A stretch of DNA of 32,000 nt from Acaryochloris marina MBIC11017 (GTDB lineage Bacteria; Cyanobacteriota; Cyanobacteriia; Thermosynechococcales; Thermosynechococcaceae), in the NCBI RefSeq assembly GCF_000018105.1, contig NC_009925.1:5190001-5222000 (forward strand). The letters are read 5' to 3'. Below the pieces are notes generated by a model. It did no database searches and was not told the origin of the DNA. It saw only the letters and a list, made by a program, of their open reading frames with translations. The stretch's first letter is position 1, and each line of letters starts with the position of its first letter. Both the position numbers and the translations under genes were made by a program. This document shows, piece after piece, positions 24,478-32,000 of the stretch.

Positions 24478-27213
24478 TTAAACGCGAAATTTTTTATCTA
24501 TCAAAGGCAGAAGCTGATCCATTGCCGTAGCAGCTTGAAAGTAATATCCCTGATAGTGAGAACATCCTAATCTTTGTAGGCAGTGCAACTGAGAGGAGGA
24601 CTCAATCCCCTCAGCTACAAAGGTTACCCCTAAGCTGTTCGCGATCGTCAGAATACCTTTCATGATGCCTTCCTTGGCTGGATCAATGTCGATATCGCTG
24701 ACAAAAGTGCGGTCAATCTTAAGGGTATCGAAGGATAAATTCAATAAGTAAGCCAAGGACGAGAAACCTGTTCCAAAATCATCGATGGCAATTCGAACTC
24801 CCTCATTTTTTAGGGCAGTCAACAATTGACTGGGAACTTCACCGGGATGTAGAAACACACTTTCTGTAATTTCTAGTTCTAATGCAGAGCCGGGTAGTTT
24901 GGCAGCGGTTAGGGCTCTCCTCACCCGCTTGACTAATGTACAAGGCGCTAAAAATTCCTGAGCAGAAATATTCACCGCCACATACAGATGAGGATAGGCA
25001 CTGTTAAGGGGAGCAAGGATGGCTAGGCTATGGTCCAGAACCCAATCTGTTAGGGCAGCAATCAGATGGCTTTCTTCGGCGATGGGAATAAAGGTCGAGG
25101 GGGGAACAATACCTAAGGTTGGATGATGCCATCTGACTAATGCTTCTAAACCCAAAATTTGCCCTTCAGGGCCGACCTGGGGTTGAAAAACCAGGTTTAG
25201 TTCGTCCTTTTCAATGGCAGTCCTTAAAGCATGCTCAATGGCCAACTTGCGCTGTAGGGTTGCAGACAGCTGAGCACTGTAGAACTGATAATTATTGCGC
25301 CCTTGAGCCTTCGCCCGATACATGGCCAGATCTGCCTGCTTCATCAGCTCACTGGAGGTTTTTCCTTGAGCTGGATAAAGGCTAATGCCAATACTGCCAC
25401 CAATAAAGATCTCGTGGTTTTGAACGTGAAACGGGGTTCGTAATTGCTGAAGAATGGCTTGAGCCATTTTGGCTGCTGCATCTGGGGATGCGGCCCGGGG
25501 AAGTAAGACCACAAATTCATCTCCGCCCAGGCGAGCCACGGTATCGGATGAGGTCACAGCCCCCTGGAGCCGCTGAGCCACTTGGCAGAGCAATTCATTT
25601 CCAATCGCATGACTCAAGCTGTCATTCACCTTTTTAAAGCCATCTAAATCGATGAAGAGCATGGCAAAGGGTGTGGGTTGATCCGCCGTCTTAGCAATGA
25701 GGGCTTCTAAGGTATGGCGAAATAAGGTGTGATTGGGAAGAGCCGTCAAGGCATCATGATGGGCCATAAAGTGAAGCTGATCCGTGAGGGAACGCACCTT
25801 GGAAATATCTTCACAGGCCAACAACAGTTGAGGAATTCCTCGATGATCATGGACTCTACGGGCATTTTGACGAGCCCAGATCAGGGTGCCATCAGCTTGG
25901 AGCATTTGCGCTTCACGGCTGTAAATCTCGCCAATTTCTAGGTTAGATAAGGTTTGTAAGTAAGCCTGAATTTCTGCAGTTTGGTCATCCGGGTGGAGGA
26001 TGCTAAACGGGGAACCAATCAGGTGATCCACTAAATATCCCAGTTGACTCGCCCCAAAATGGCTGACACGGTGAATCATGCCCTGTGAATCAAGGGCCAG
26101 CAGCAGTAGAGGACTGCCATCGATAAAAAGGCGTACTTGCTCTTCACTATCTCGAAGAACGGCGGCGGCTTCATCTTGTAAGCGAATACGCTCAAAGGTT
26201 GAGCCCATTAGTTCGGCCAAGGTCGTTAAAATCGACAATAATTGATTGCCATCTTTGATCCGCTTAGACGAGGCAGCGTTGAGAATGCCTGTAATTTCAC
26301 CCATTACATGAACAGGAACGCTCCAGCCACAGCGCAATCCTGCTTCCATGAGCATGGCATGTTCGATAAAATCGCTTTCACCCAACTGAGCAAAGAAATA
26401 GGGTTGGCCTAGCTCATAAATAAACCCCAAGCCTGATTTCTCTTTGGGTAAAACAATATCCGTGGGTAAATAGGCATCTCCGGTAAAGCGGAAAATGCGA
26501 AATCCTTTTAATTCTGGGGCTGGTTCAGCATAGCTAACGCGATCCACCGGAATAATTTTTTTGATGGCCTTTGCGATCGCATCAAAGACTTCCTCATCAG
26601 AAATAGCGGCGGATAGTTTGCGGGCAATTTCGTTCAGTACCTGCAGTTGCTCCGCTTGGGACCGATACCCTTCCATAGCCACCTGGGTCTGTTTGAGCAG
26701 CATTTGCCGCTCCAGGTTGGTGGAAATCAAGGTCGTGATTTGAGTCAAGAGGCTAAGAATTTGCGTCTCAGCCAAACTCGGATTGGAAAAAGCCGCATTC
26801 ACTGCCCCGATGGCTTGACCATGAATCATCAACGGTACGCTGACGAATAGAGACATGCCCTCTGCAGACAGACGGACGATATCGAGATAGGGACTGTCGG
26901 GAGACGCCCAGTTTACCTGGGGCTGCCCTGTTCGAACCGCTAATCCTGCAGCTGTTCCGTCACAGGGAATGGTTTTACCGATCGGGCTGACGCCTTCTAT
27001 CCCGTTTAATGCATAAATTTCTAGCTCATGCCCTTCTTCTGTGAGGAGGATGATACTGGTTCGAGCGACCGGGAGAATATCTGGGATATAGGCTGCAACC
27101 GTAGCATAAACATCCGTTTCTGATGTAGCCGATGCGATCGCAATAATCAGTTTCCCTAATGCGATCGAAACATCAGGATTCTCTAAAATCGATAGGGACT
27201 CAGATAAACTCAC
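24478..27213 (-). CDS. c-di-GMP signalling protein: GAF-GAF-PAS-GGDEF-EAL
   Basis: 911-aa ORF with two N-terminal GAF-like modules and a PAS-like segment (FIDGSPLLLLALDSQGMIHRVS...). The GGDEF motif is intact (ARLGGDEFVVLL), as is the EAL motif (LGLEALVRWHHP), and DDFGTG and QGYYF are present. Confidence 0.9.
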   Translation of the reverse strand: MSLSESLSILENPDVSIALGKLIIAIASATSETDVYATVAAYIPDILPVARTSIILLTEEGHELEIYALNGIEGVSPIGKTIPCDGTAAGLAVRTGQPQVNWASPDSPYLDIVRLSAEGMSLFVSVPLMIHGQAIGAVNAAFSNPSLAETQILSLLTQITTLISTNLERQMLLKQTQVAMEGYRSQAEQLQVLNEIARKLSAAISDEEVFDAIAKAIKKIIPVDRVSYAEPAPELKGFRIFRFTGDAYLPTDIVLPKEKSGLGFIYELGQPYFFAQLGESDFIEHAMLMEAGLRCGWSVPVHVMGEITGILNAASSKRIKDGNQLLSILTTLAELMGSTFERIRLQDEAAAVLRDSEEQVRLFIDGSPLLLLALDSQGMIHRVSHFGASQLGYLVDHLIGSPFSILHPDDQTAEIQAYLQTLSNLEIGEIYSREAQMLQADGTLIWARQNARRVHDHRGIPQLLLACEDISKVRSLTDQLHFMAHHDALTALPNHTLFRHTLEALIAKTADQPTPFAMLFIDLDGFKKVNDSLSHAIGNELLCQVAQRLQGAVTSSDTVARLGGDEFVVLLPRAASPDAAAKMAQAILQQLRTPFHVQNHEIFIGGSIGISLYPAQGKTSSELMKQADLAMYRAKAQGRNNYQFYSAQLSATLQRKLAIEHALRTAIEKDELNLVFQPQVGPEGQILGLEALVRWHHPTLGIVPPSTFIPIAEESHLIAALTDWVLDHSLAILAPLNSAYPHLYVAVNISAQEFLAPCTLVKRVRRALTAAKLPGSALELEITESVFLHPGEVPSQLLTALKNEGVRIAIDDFGTGFSSLAYLLNLSFDTLKIDRTFVSDIDIDPAKEGIMKGILTIANSLGVTFVAEGIESSSQLHCLQRLGCSHYQGYYFQAATAMDQLLPLIDKKFRV

Positions 27214-27535
27214 AAATTAAGAGAGCAAAATGGATGACAACACTATTACTTAGGGTGCCCGCTATTGCAGTCAGCTATTTAGCTAAACCGAGATATGCTC
27301 AATTGTTGGCTGATTTAAAAGGCTCAACGGTATCGTTTTAGTAGAGCCAGAAACACAGTTGCTGAAGCATTTCTCTCCCCCCGATGATATTCCCTGCGGG
27401 CAGTTTAGATATCTTTTCAGGAAATCTATCCTTTATGCAAGCGTAAGGCGACTGAATATACGGTAGATCATAGTATCGAGTACTTCTCAAGTGTGTCGAT
27501 CGCTTACCCCATCGTTCTAGTGCATCTAAATCCCT

Positions 27536-28879
27536 ATGGCAGCTTCTAATCCTTCCAAACCTCTTCCACTCCCTCCTGGCAGTTTAGGCTTACCAGTGAT
27601 TGGAGAATCATTGCAATTTTTTCAAGATTCTGATTTCGTTTCCAAACGACAGGAACGTCATGGTGCTATCTTCAAAACCCATATATTGGGACGCCCAACT
27701 GTAATGATCTATGGGGCAGAAGCCAATCAGACCATCCTAGGCAATGAAAGCAAAAATTTTGAAAATAGTTGGCCAGCTTCGACAAAAGCATTACTCGGCC
27801 CTTTGTCCTTGGCACTCCAAACTGGGGAGCTGCATCGCAACCGTCGCAAACTGTTAGCCCAGGCTTTTAAACCTCGAACATTGGCCACCTATGTGGAAAT
27901 CATGGGTGATATCGCCCAGCAATATACCCAGAAATGGCAGCAAGCTGAAACGCTAACCTGGTATCCAGAATTGCGTAGTTTCACCTTAGATGTGGCCTGT
28001 AAGCTCTTTATTGGGCAAGATAATGGCTGTCAAACACCTTTAGGGCAACACTTTGAAACTTGGTGTGCGGGGTTGTTCTCTTTGCCAATTTCGTTGCCTT
28101 GGACAAAATTTGGTAAAGCCAAACGCTGTCGGGACCTGCTTTTACAAGAGCTAGGGCAGACCATCCAAGCACGACAGTCAATGGCAAATCCTGGGAATGA
28201 CACCTTGGGATTACTACTGCAAGCGCGGGATGAGCAAGGTCAAGGACTGAGTCAGGATGAACTCAAGGACCAGATCCTCCTGATGCTGTTTGCTGGGCAT
28301 GAAACTTTAACATCAGCGATTACCTCTTTCTGTCTTCTAACAGCCCAACATCCAGAAATTACCGCTCGTCTCCGCCAGGAACAACAGCAATGGAAATCTA
28401 AAGAGGCTTTGACGGTAGACGACCTCAAACAAATGACTTATTTGGAGCAAGTGCTGACGGAGGTAATGCGGCTGATCCCACCTGTGGCAGGGGTGTTTCG
28501 CACGGTGCTGCAAACTTGTGAAATGGATGGATACCAAATTCCCCAAGGCTGGTCCGTTCAATGTTCTATTGGCAGTACCCACCAAGATCAAGCCCTCTAT
28601 TCCAACCCAAAACAATTTGATCCTGAGCGATTTAGCCCTGAACACTTGGCTCAACAGAGTACAGAACAGCAGAGATATGGCTATGTTCCTTTTGGTGGAG
28701 GGATTCGAGAATGCTTAGGCAAAGAGTTTGCACGGCTAGAGATGAAAATCTTTGCAGCTCATTTACTGCAGAACTATGAATGGCAACTATTACCAAACCA
28801 AGCTTTAGACTTGGTTGTTATCCCTTCTCCCCGTCCACGAGATGGCCTCAAAGTGACCTTTAAAGCTTTGTCTGAGTAA
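27536..28879 (+). CDS. Cytochrome P450, CYP120-like
   Basis: N-terminal PLPPGSLGLPVIGE, I-helix LFAGHETLTSA, ExxR (EVMR) and the haem-ligand loop FGGGIRECLGKEFA are present. The overall similarity to the cyanobacterial CYP120 family is judged from memory. Confidence 0.88.
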   Translation: MAASNPSKPLPLPPGSLGLPVIGESLQFFQDSDFVSKRQERHGAIFKTHILGRPTVMIYGAEANQTILGNESKNFENSWPASTKALLGPLSLALQTGELHRNRRKLLAQAFKPRTLATYVEIMGDIAQQYTQKWQQAETLTWYPELRSFTLDVACKLFIGQDNGCQTPLGQHFETWCAGLFSLPISLPWTKFGKAKRCRDLLLQELGQTIQARQSMANPGNDTLGLLLQARDEQGQGLSQDELKDQILLMLFAGHETLTSAITSFCLLTAQHPEITARLRQEQQQWKSKEALTVDDLKQMTYLEQVLTEVMRLIPPVAGVFRTVLQTCEMDGYQIPQGWSVQCSIGSTHQDQALYSNPKQFDPERFSPEHLAQQSTEQQRYGYVPFGGGIRECLGKEFARLEMKIFAAHLLQNYEWQLLPNQALDLVVIPSPRPRDGLKVTFKALSE

Positions 28880-28967
28880 TTTTCAGTTGTATATTCAAGA
28901 ATTAAATAATGGGCGTACCCAATTTCGTTAAGGAATCTACTAAGCCATAACGACGCTTATCTCGAAA

Positions 28968-29309
28968 ATGACCTCAACCCCAAACGAGTTAGCCCGACGA
29001 ACGCAGGTAGCTCTTGAAGCCATTCAAGATTCTACTGGAACTGAGGCAGGGAAATTTGGTGCTGATCTGTTTGTCTCACATCACCTAGAAGAAATTGACG
29101 CTGCCTATTGGTTGGAAAGGCTGGGAACTGGCAAGCCAGGTTCAAGACAGATTTTGGGACTTCTGATACCAATCTTTGACTCGGATCAAAGAGAAGATGG
29201 CGACTTCGAAACACTTGACTTTACTCTGCCTGGAGATGTTTCAAATTACCTCCTCAGTGTTCAGTTCGACGATAGCGGCAACGTTATTGCGATTTACATG
29301 GAATCGTAA
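28968..29309 (+). CDS. Hypothetical small acidic protein
   Basis: 113-aa ORF that is the only long frame here and has host-like composition. I recognise no motif confidently. It is rich in D/E, ending ...DFETLDFTLPGDVSNYLLSVQFDDSGNVIAIYMES. Confidence 0.45.
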   Translation: MTSTPNELARRTQVALEAIQDSTGTEAGKFGADLFVSHHLEEIDAAYWLERLGTGKPGSRQILGLLIPIFDSDQREDGDFETLDFTLPGDVSNYLLSVQFDDSGNVIAIYMES

Positions 29310-29539
29310 TGTGTAAGGATTTGGTCTAGATCTCAGCAACACTGGCTTGATAAAAACGCTTGTCCTCAAAATTGGTGACCTAATATCAAGGGCAACTAGC
29401 CATGCTACTTTTTGCTATGGCAGATATCGAAGGTTGTGGTTCTGCACGGTTAGGACAGGCGTTGAGATCGCCATAAATTACCCTCAAATAGGGAATTTTG
29501 AACTCCGGTTGATTTTTAAAGACTAACTCTATGGTTCGG

Positions 29540-29572
29540 GCTCTCCCTTAGAAAAATGGGCTAAGGGAGAGC
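29540..29572. repeat. Perfect 12-bp stem / 9-nt loop hairpin (GCTCTCCCTTAG-AAAAATGGG-CTAAGGGAGAGC)
   Basis: Read directly: 29540-29551 is the reverse complement of 29561-29572. No U-run follows on either strand, so it is not a canonical intrinsic terminator. It lies 85 nt upstream of the TIR-gene ATG. Confidence 0.8.
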
Positions 29573-29656
29573 ATTACCCCACCAAGTATCCTGACCTAGC
29601 TCCAATCCATCGAATAGAATAGGACGAAAGGAATTTAGCATCGTCCCTGGTCATCC

Positions 29657-32000
29657 ATGAGCCACAGCCCCACCGATACCGACGCCGCTACCTACGACTA
29701 CGATGTGTTTATCTCATACAGCCGTGCTGATAAGGCTTGGGTGCGGAAGGTACTGGTGACGCGACTGCAAAATGCGGGGTTAAAGGTTTGTATTGACTAC
29801 GAAGATTTTCAGCCAGGGGCACCCGCGATTAAGGAGATTAAGCGGGCGGCGATGACCAGCCGCAAGACGTTGTTGGTGCTAACGGCAAATTATTTGAAGA
29901 GTGGTTGGACGGAATTTGAACGATATTTGTTGCAAACCCCAGATCCGAATAATACAGAACTGCGATTGTTGCCTGTCTTGAAGGAAGCTTGTGCCCTGCC
30001 GCCGGACATTAGTTATCTAAGTTATGTCAATTTTACCGACCCTGAGGAACTGGATATTGCCTGGAAGCAGGTGTTTCGAGCGTTTGGGATTGAGGAAGCC
30101 GAAGCGGCTCCACCGCAAGAATATACACCAAAACAATGGTTTCTGGCTCACCCCTACGGGATGCCACCACACTTTACGGGGCGCGTCGCTGAACGGCAAC
30201 TGCTGAGTGATTGGCTAAATCAGGGTTCCCAGCCATTGCTGGTGCTGAAGGCTTTGGGGGGCTTTGGCAAAAGTGCCCTGACCTGGCATTGGTTGCTGCA
30301 TGATGTGGAAGAGGGTGATTGGCCCCTAGTGGTGTGGTGGAGCTTCTATGAAGAGAAAGCGGGGTTTGATAATTTTGTCTCTGCTACGTTGGCTTATCTG
30401 AGTGGGCAAAAGCCAGATGGTTTGAATCCGACAGAGCGGGTAAGGCGGTTGTTGGAGTATTTGTTGCAGCATCGGATCTTGCTGGTTCTGGATGGGTTTG
30501 AGCGGGCACTGCGGGCCTATGGCAGCCTGGGGGCGGCCTATCAAGGAGATGGGGAACAGGAAATCGCCGATGCGGGGCGCGATTGCGTGAATCCGGGGGC
30601 GGAGTTGTTTTTGCGGAATTTGGCGAGTTTGCCGAAGCTGCAGGGCAAGGTGCTTATGTCTACCCGGTTGAGGCCCCGTCCGGTGGAGGTGACTGGGGGG
30701 GCTTTGCTGCAGGGCTGTCAGGAGGTAGAGCTGACACAGATGCAGGCAGCGGATGCGGTGGCGTTTTTTCGGGTGCAGGGGATCCGGGGCAATCGGGGAG
30801 AGATCGAGCAGGCTTGTAAGGCTTATGGGTTTCACCCGTTAAGTTTGCGGTTGCTGGCGGGGCAGGTGGTCAAGGACTTGCGCAATCCGGGGGATATTCA
30901 GGCGGCACAGCGGCAGGATTTGACGGGGAGCCTGGTGCAGCGGCAACATCATGTGTTGGAGCAGTCCTATAACATTTTGAGCCTAGAGGGGCGGCAACTG
31001 CTGAGTCGGATTGCCTGTTTTCGCAGTCCGGTGACCTTTGAGGTGCTGGCGGCATTGGCGACAGAAGAGTCTGATTTAGAAAATGGTTTGCAGGATTTGA
31101 TCGAACGGGGATTGGTGCAGCGGGAGGGCCAGCGATTTGACCTGCACCCGATTGTGCGGCGCTATGCCTATGACCGTATGGAGACGACAGAACGCAGCAG
31201 CACCCATGGCCAACTGCGGGACTACTTTGCGGCGGTGCCGGAGGTGGAGCGGGTGAAGACGGTGGATGACCTGGCCCCGGTGATGGAGCTGTATCACCAT
31301 ATGGTGCGGGCGGGGCAGTATGACGAGGCGCTGAAGTTGTTTAGAGATCGTCTCGACAAACCCCTCTACTACCAACTCGGAGCCTACCAACAATATATCG
31401 AACTCCTCCGTGCCCTCTTTCCCCAGGGGGAAACCCAGCTCCCCCAACTCCAGTCTGAAGATGGCCAGGGTTGGACGCTGAACTCGCTGGCCAATAGCTA
31501 CAGCCTCAGCGGTCAACCTGCGCAGGCTGTGCCCCTGTTTGAGCAGAGTTTTTTGCTAGCGGAAAAGCAAGGAAATAAGAAAAACTGGGCGATCGGCCTG
31601 GGTGCTGTTGCCTCTGTTGCGTATTTCCCTATCGGTGCCCTACAAGCCGCTGAAGCCAACCTGCGCCGTCGAATTGCCATCTGCCAGGAGCTTGAGGACG
31701 AGTTCCGGGAGGCGATAGGACATCGGGATTTGGGACGACTGCTGGCTTGCTGGGGAGACTGGGGAGCAGCGGCAGAAGCGTTGGATCGGGCACTGGAATT
31801 GTTTGAGAAAGGTAACAATATCCAATCCCAAGGAGTTGTTTGGGTCTATCGAGCTTTAAGTGCTTTGCTGCGGACCCGATCGCACCAGACCTCCAATTCA
31901 CAGCGGACTGAACTTGCTGCCACTGCCCTTGCCGCCGCCCAGCGTGCGATCGCCCTGGCCGATGAAGATACCCGTACTCGATACCCCCACGAACGAGACT
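29657..32000 (+). CDS. TIR domain / NB-ARC (STAND P-loop NTPase) / TPR-repeat protein, 3'-truncated by the window edge (NLR-like candidate immune sensor)
   Basis: Not in the supplied ORF track because no stop occurs before base 32000. My manual translation from ATG 29657 is open for 781 codons.
- TIR: YDVFISYSRADKAWV ... LKSGWTEFERYLL (Glu88 = GAA 29918-29920).
- Walker A: LKALGGFGKSALTW (Lys205 = AAA 30269-30271).
- Walker B: ILLVLDGFE.
- RNBS-B-like: LMSTR.
- GLPL-like: YGFHPLSLRLLA.
- TPR-like repeats from about residue 540: GWTLNSLANSYSLSGQPAQAVPLFEQSFLLAEK and HRDLGRLLACWGDWGAAAEALDRALELFEK. Confidence 0.85.
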   Translation, partial: MSHSPTDTDAATYDYDVFISYSRADKAWVRKVLVTRLQNAGLKVCIDYEDFQPGAPAIKEIKRAAMTSRKTLLVLTANYLKSGWTEFERYLLQTPDPNNTELRLLPVLKEACALPPDISYLSYVNFTDPEELDIAWKQVFRAFGIEEAEAAPPQEYTPKQWFLAHPYGMPPHFTGRVAERQLLSDWLNQGSQPLLVLKALGGFGKSALTWHWLLHDVEEGDWPLVVWWSFYEEKAGFDNFVSATLAYLSGQKPDGLNPTERVRRLLEYLLQHRILLVLDGFERALRAYGSLGAAYQGDGEQEIADAGRDCVNPGAELFLRNLASLPKLQGKVLMSTRLRPRPVEVTGGALLQGCQEVELTQMQAADAVAFFRVQGIRGNRGEIEQACKAYGFHPLSLRLLAGQVVKDLRNPGDIQAAQRQDLTGSLVQRQHHVLEQSYNILSLEGRQLLSRIACFRSPVTFEVLAALATEESDLENGLQDLIERGLVQREGQRFDLHPIVRRYAYDRMETTERSSTHGQLRDYFAAVPEVERVKTVDDLAPVMELYHHMVRAGQYDEALKLFRDRLDKPLYYQLGAYQQYIELLRALFPQGETQLPQLQSEDGQGWTLNSLANSYSLSGQPAQAVPLFEQSFLLAEKQGNKKNWAIGLGAVASVAYFPIGALQAAEANLRRRIAICQELEDEFREAIGHRDLGRLLACWGDWGAAAEALDRALELFEKGNNIQSQGVVWVYRALSALLRTRSHQTSNSQRTELAATALAAAQRAIALADEDTRTRYPHERD

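Noticed and set aside
27234-27341. A 35-codon frame (MTTLLLRVPAIAVSYLAKPRYAQLLADLKGSTVSF) just upstream of the GGDEF-EAL gene start, and similar mini-ORFs at 1992-2135 and 29401-29475.
   Set aside because: They are too short to support from sequence alone, and I could assess neither conservation nor a convincing ribosome-binding site.
3135-28718. Numerous 60-150-aa ORFs nested in or antisense to large genes, for example 3135-3317, 4852-5220, 5666-5854, 6019-6480, 9058-9669, 10852-11418, 11926-12261, 15045-15296, 18157-18701, 21121-21867, 22246-22689, 25140-25941, 26561-26850 and 28337-28718.
   Set aside because: Each lies wholly within a longer ORF that has clear family motifs. Their translations are low-complexity or Arg/Pro/Ser-rich, and none has an independent start signal that I could see.
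30326-31901. A cluster of ORFs inside the TIR-STAND gene region: minus-strand 30326-30835, 30870-31055, 31076-31516, 31513-31818, 31629-31901 and 31640-31831, and plus-strand 30583-30819.
   Set aside because: They all overlap the much longer motif-rich plus-strand frame from 29657. Their products are low-complexity (P/R/Q/A-rich) with no recognisable domains. Such stop-free shadow frames are expected opposite GC-rich coding sequence.
1-32000. Searched for CRISPR arrays, rRNA genes, tRNAs, tandem repeats and prophage or integrase genes.
   Set aside because: I saw no regularly spaced direct repeats, no rRNA-like conserved blocks, no cloverleaf candidates and no integrase or phage structural genes. 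The only mobile element is the ISAs1 copy.

Overview
The window is a chromosomal segment of a cyanobacterium. Evidence: psaD is present, the HIP1 octamer GCGATCGC occurs at least 10 times, and there are HstK-type hybrid kinases and a class-II Rbp. The ISAs1-type IS and moderate G+C resemble Acaryochloris-like genomes, but I cannot verify the species.

I support about 25 protein-coding genes, mostly housekeeping or signalling:
- a PotD-like binding lipoprotein
- a 2040-aa Ser/Thr-kinase/AAA/GAF/His-kinase/receiver protein
- larC
- a YciO-like YrdC-fold protein
- a DUF2232-like membrane gene followed by a CobT-like UPF0284 gene
- a Crp-family regulator
- an RRM RNA-binding protein
- psaD, then trpE coupled to a ferredoxin gene
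- a DICT-GAF histidine kinase divergent from a MEKHLA-domain gene
- an HtrA protease
- recQ
- a DUF350 protein
- an ArsC/Spx-like protein
- a GAF-PAS-GGDEF-EAL protein
- a CYP120-like P450

One intact ISAs1-family insertion sequence (19465-20727) has 18-bp inverted repeats and a perfect 10-bp target duplication. I saw no rRNA, tRNA or CRISPR array.

The most interesting element is missing from the supplied ORF track because it runs off the 3' edge. An open frame from ATG 29657 to base 32000 (781+ codons) encodes a TIR / NB-ARC (STAND NTPase) / TPR protein. This is an NLR-like architecture typical of NADase-based immune sensors. It sits in sequence that is clearly more G+C-rich than the rest of the window.

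All family calls rest on motif recognition by eye. No database search was run.
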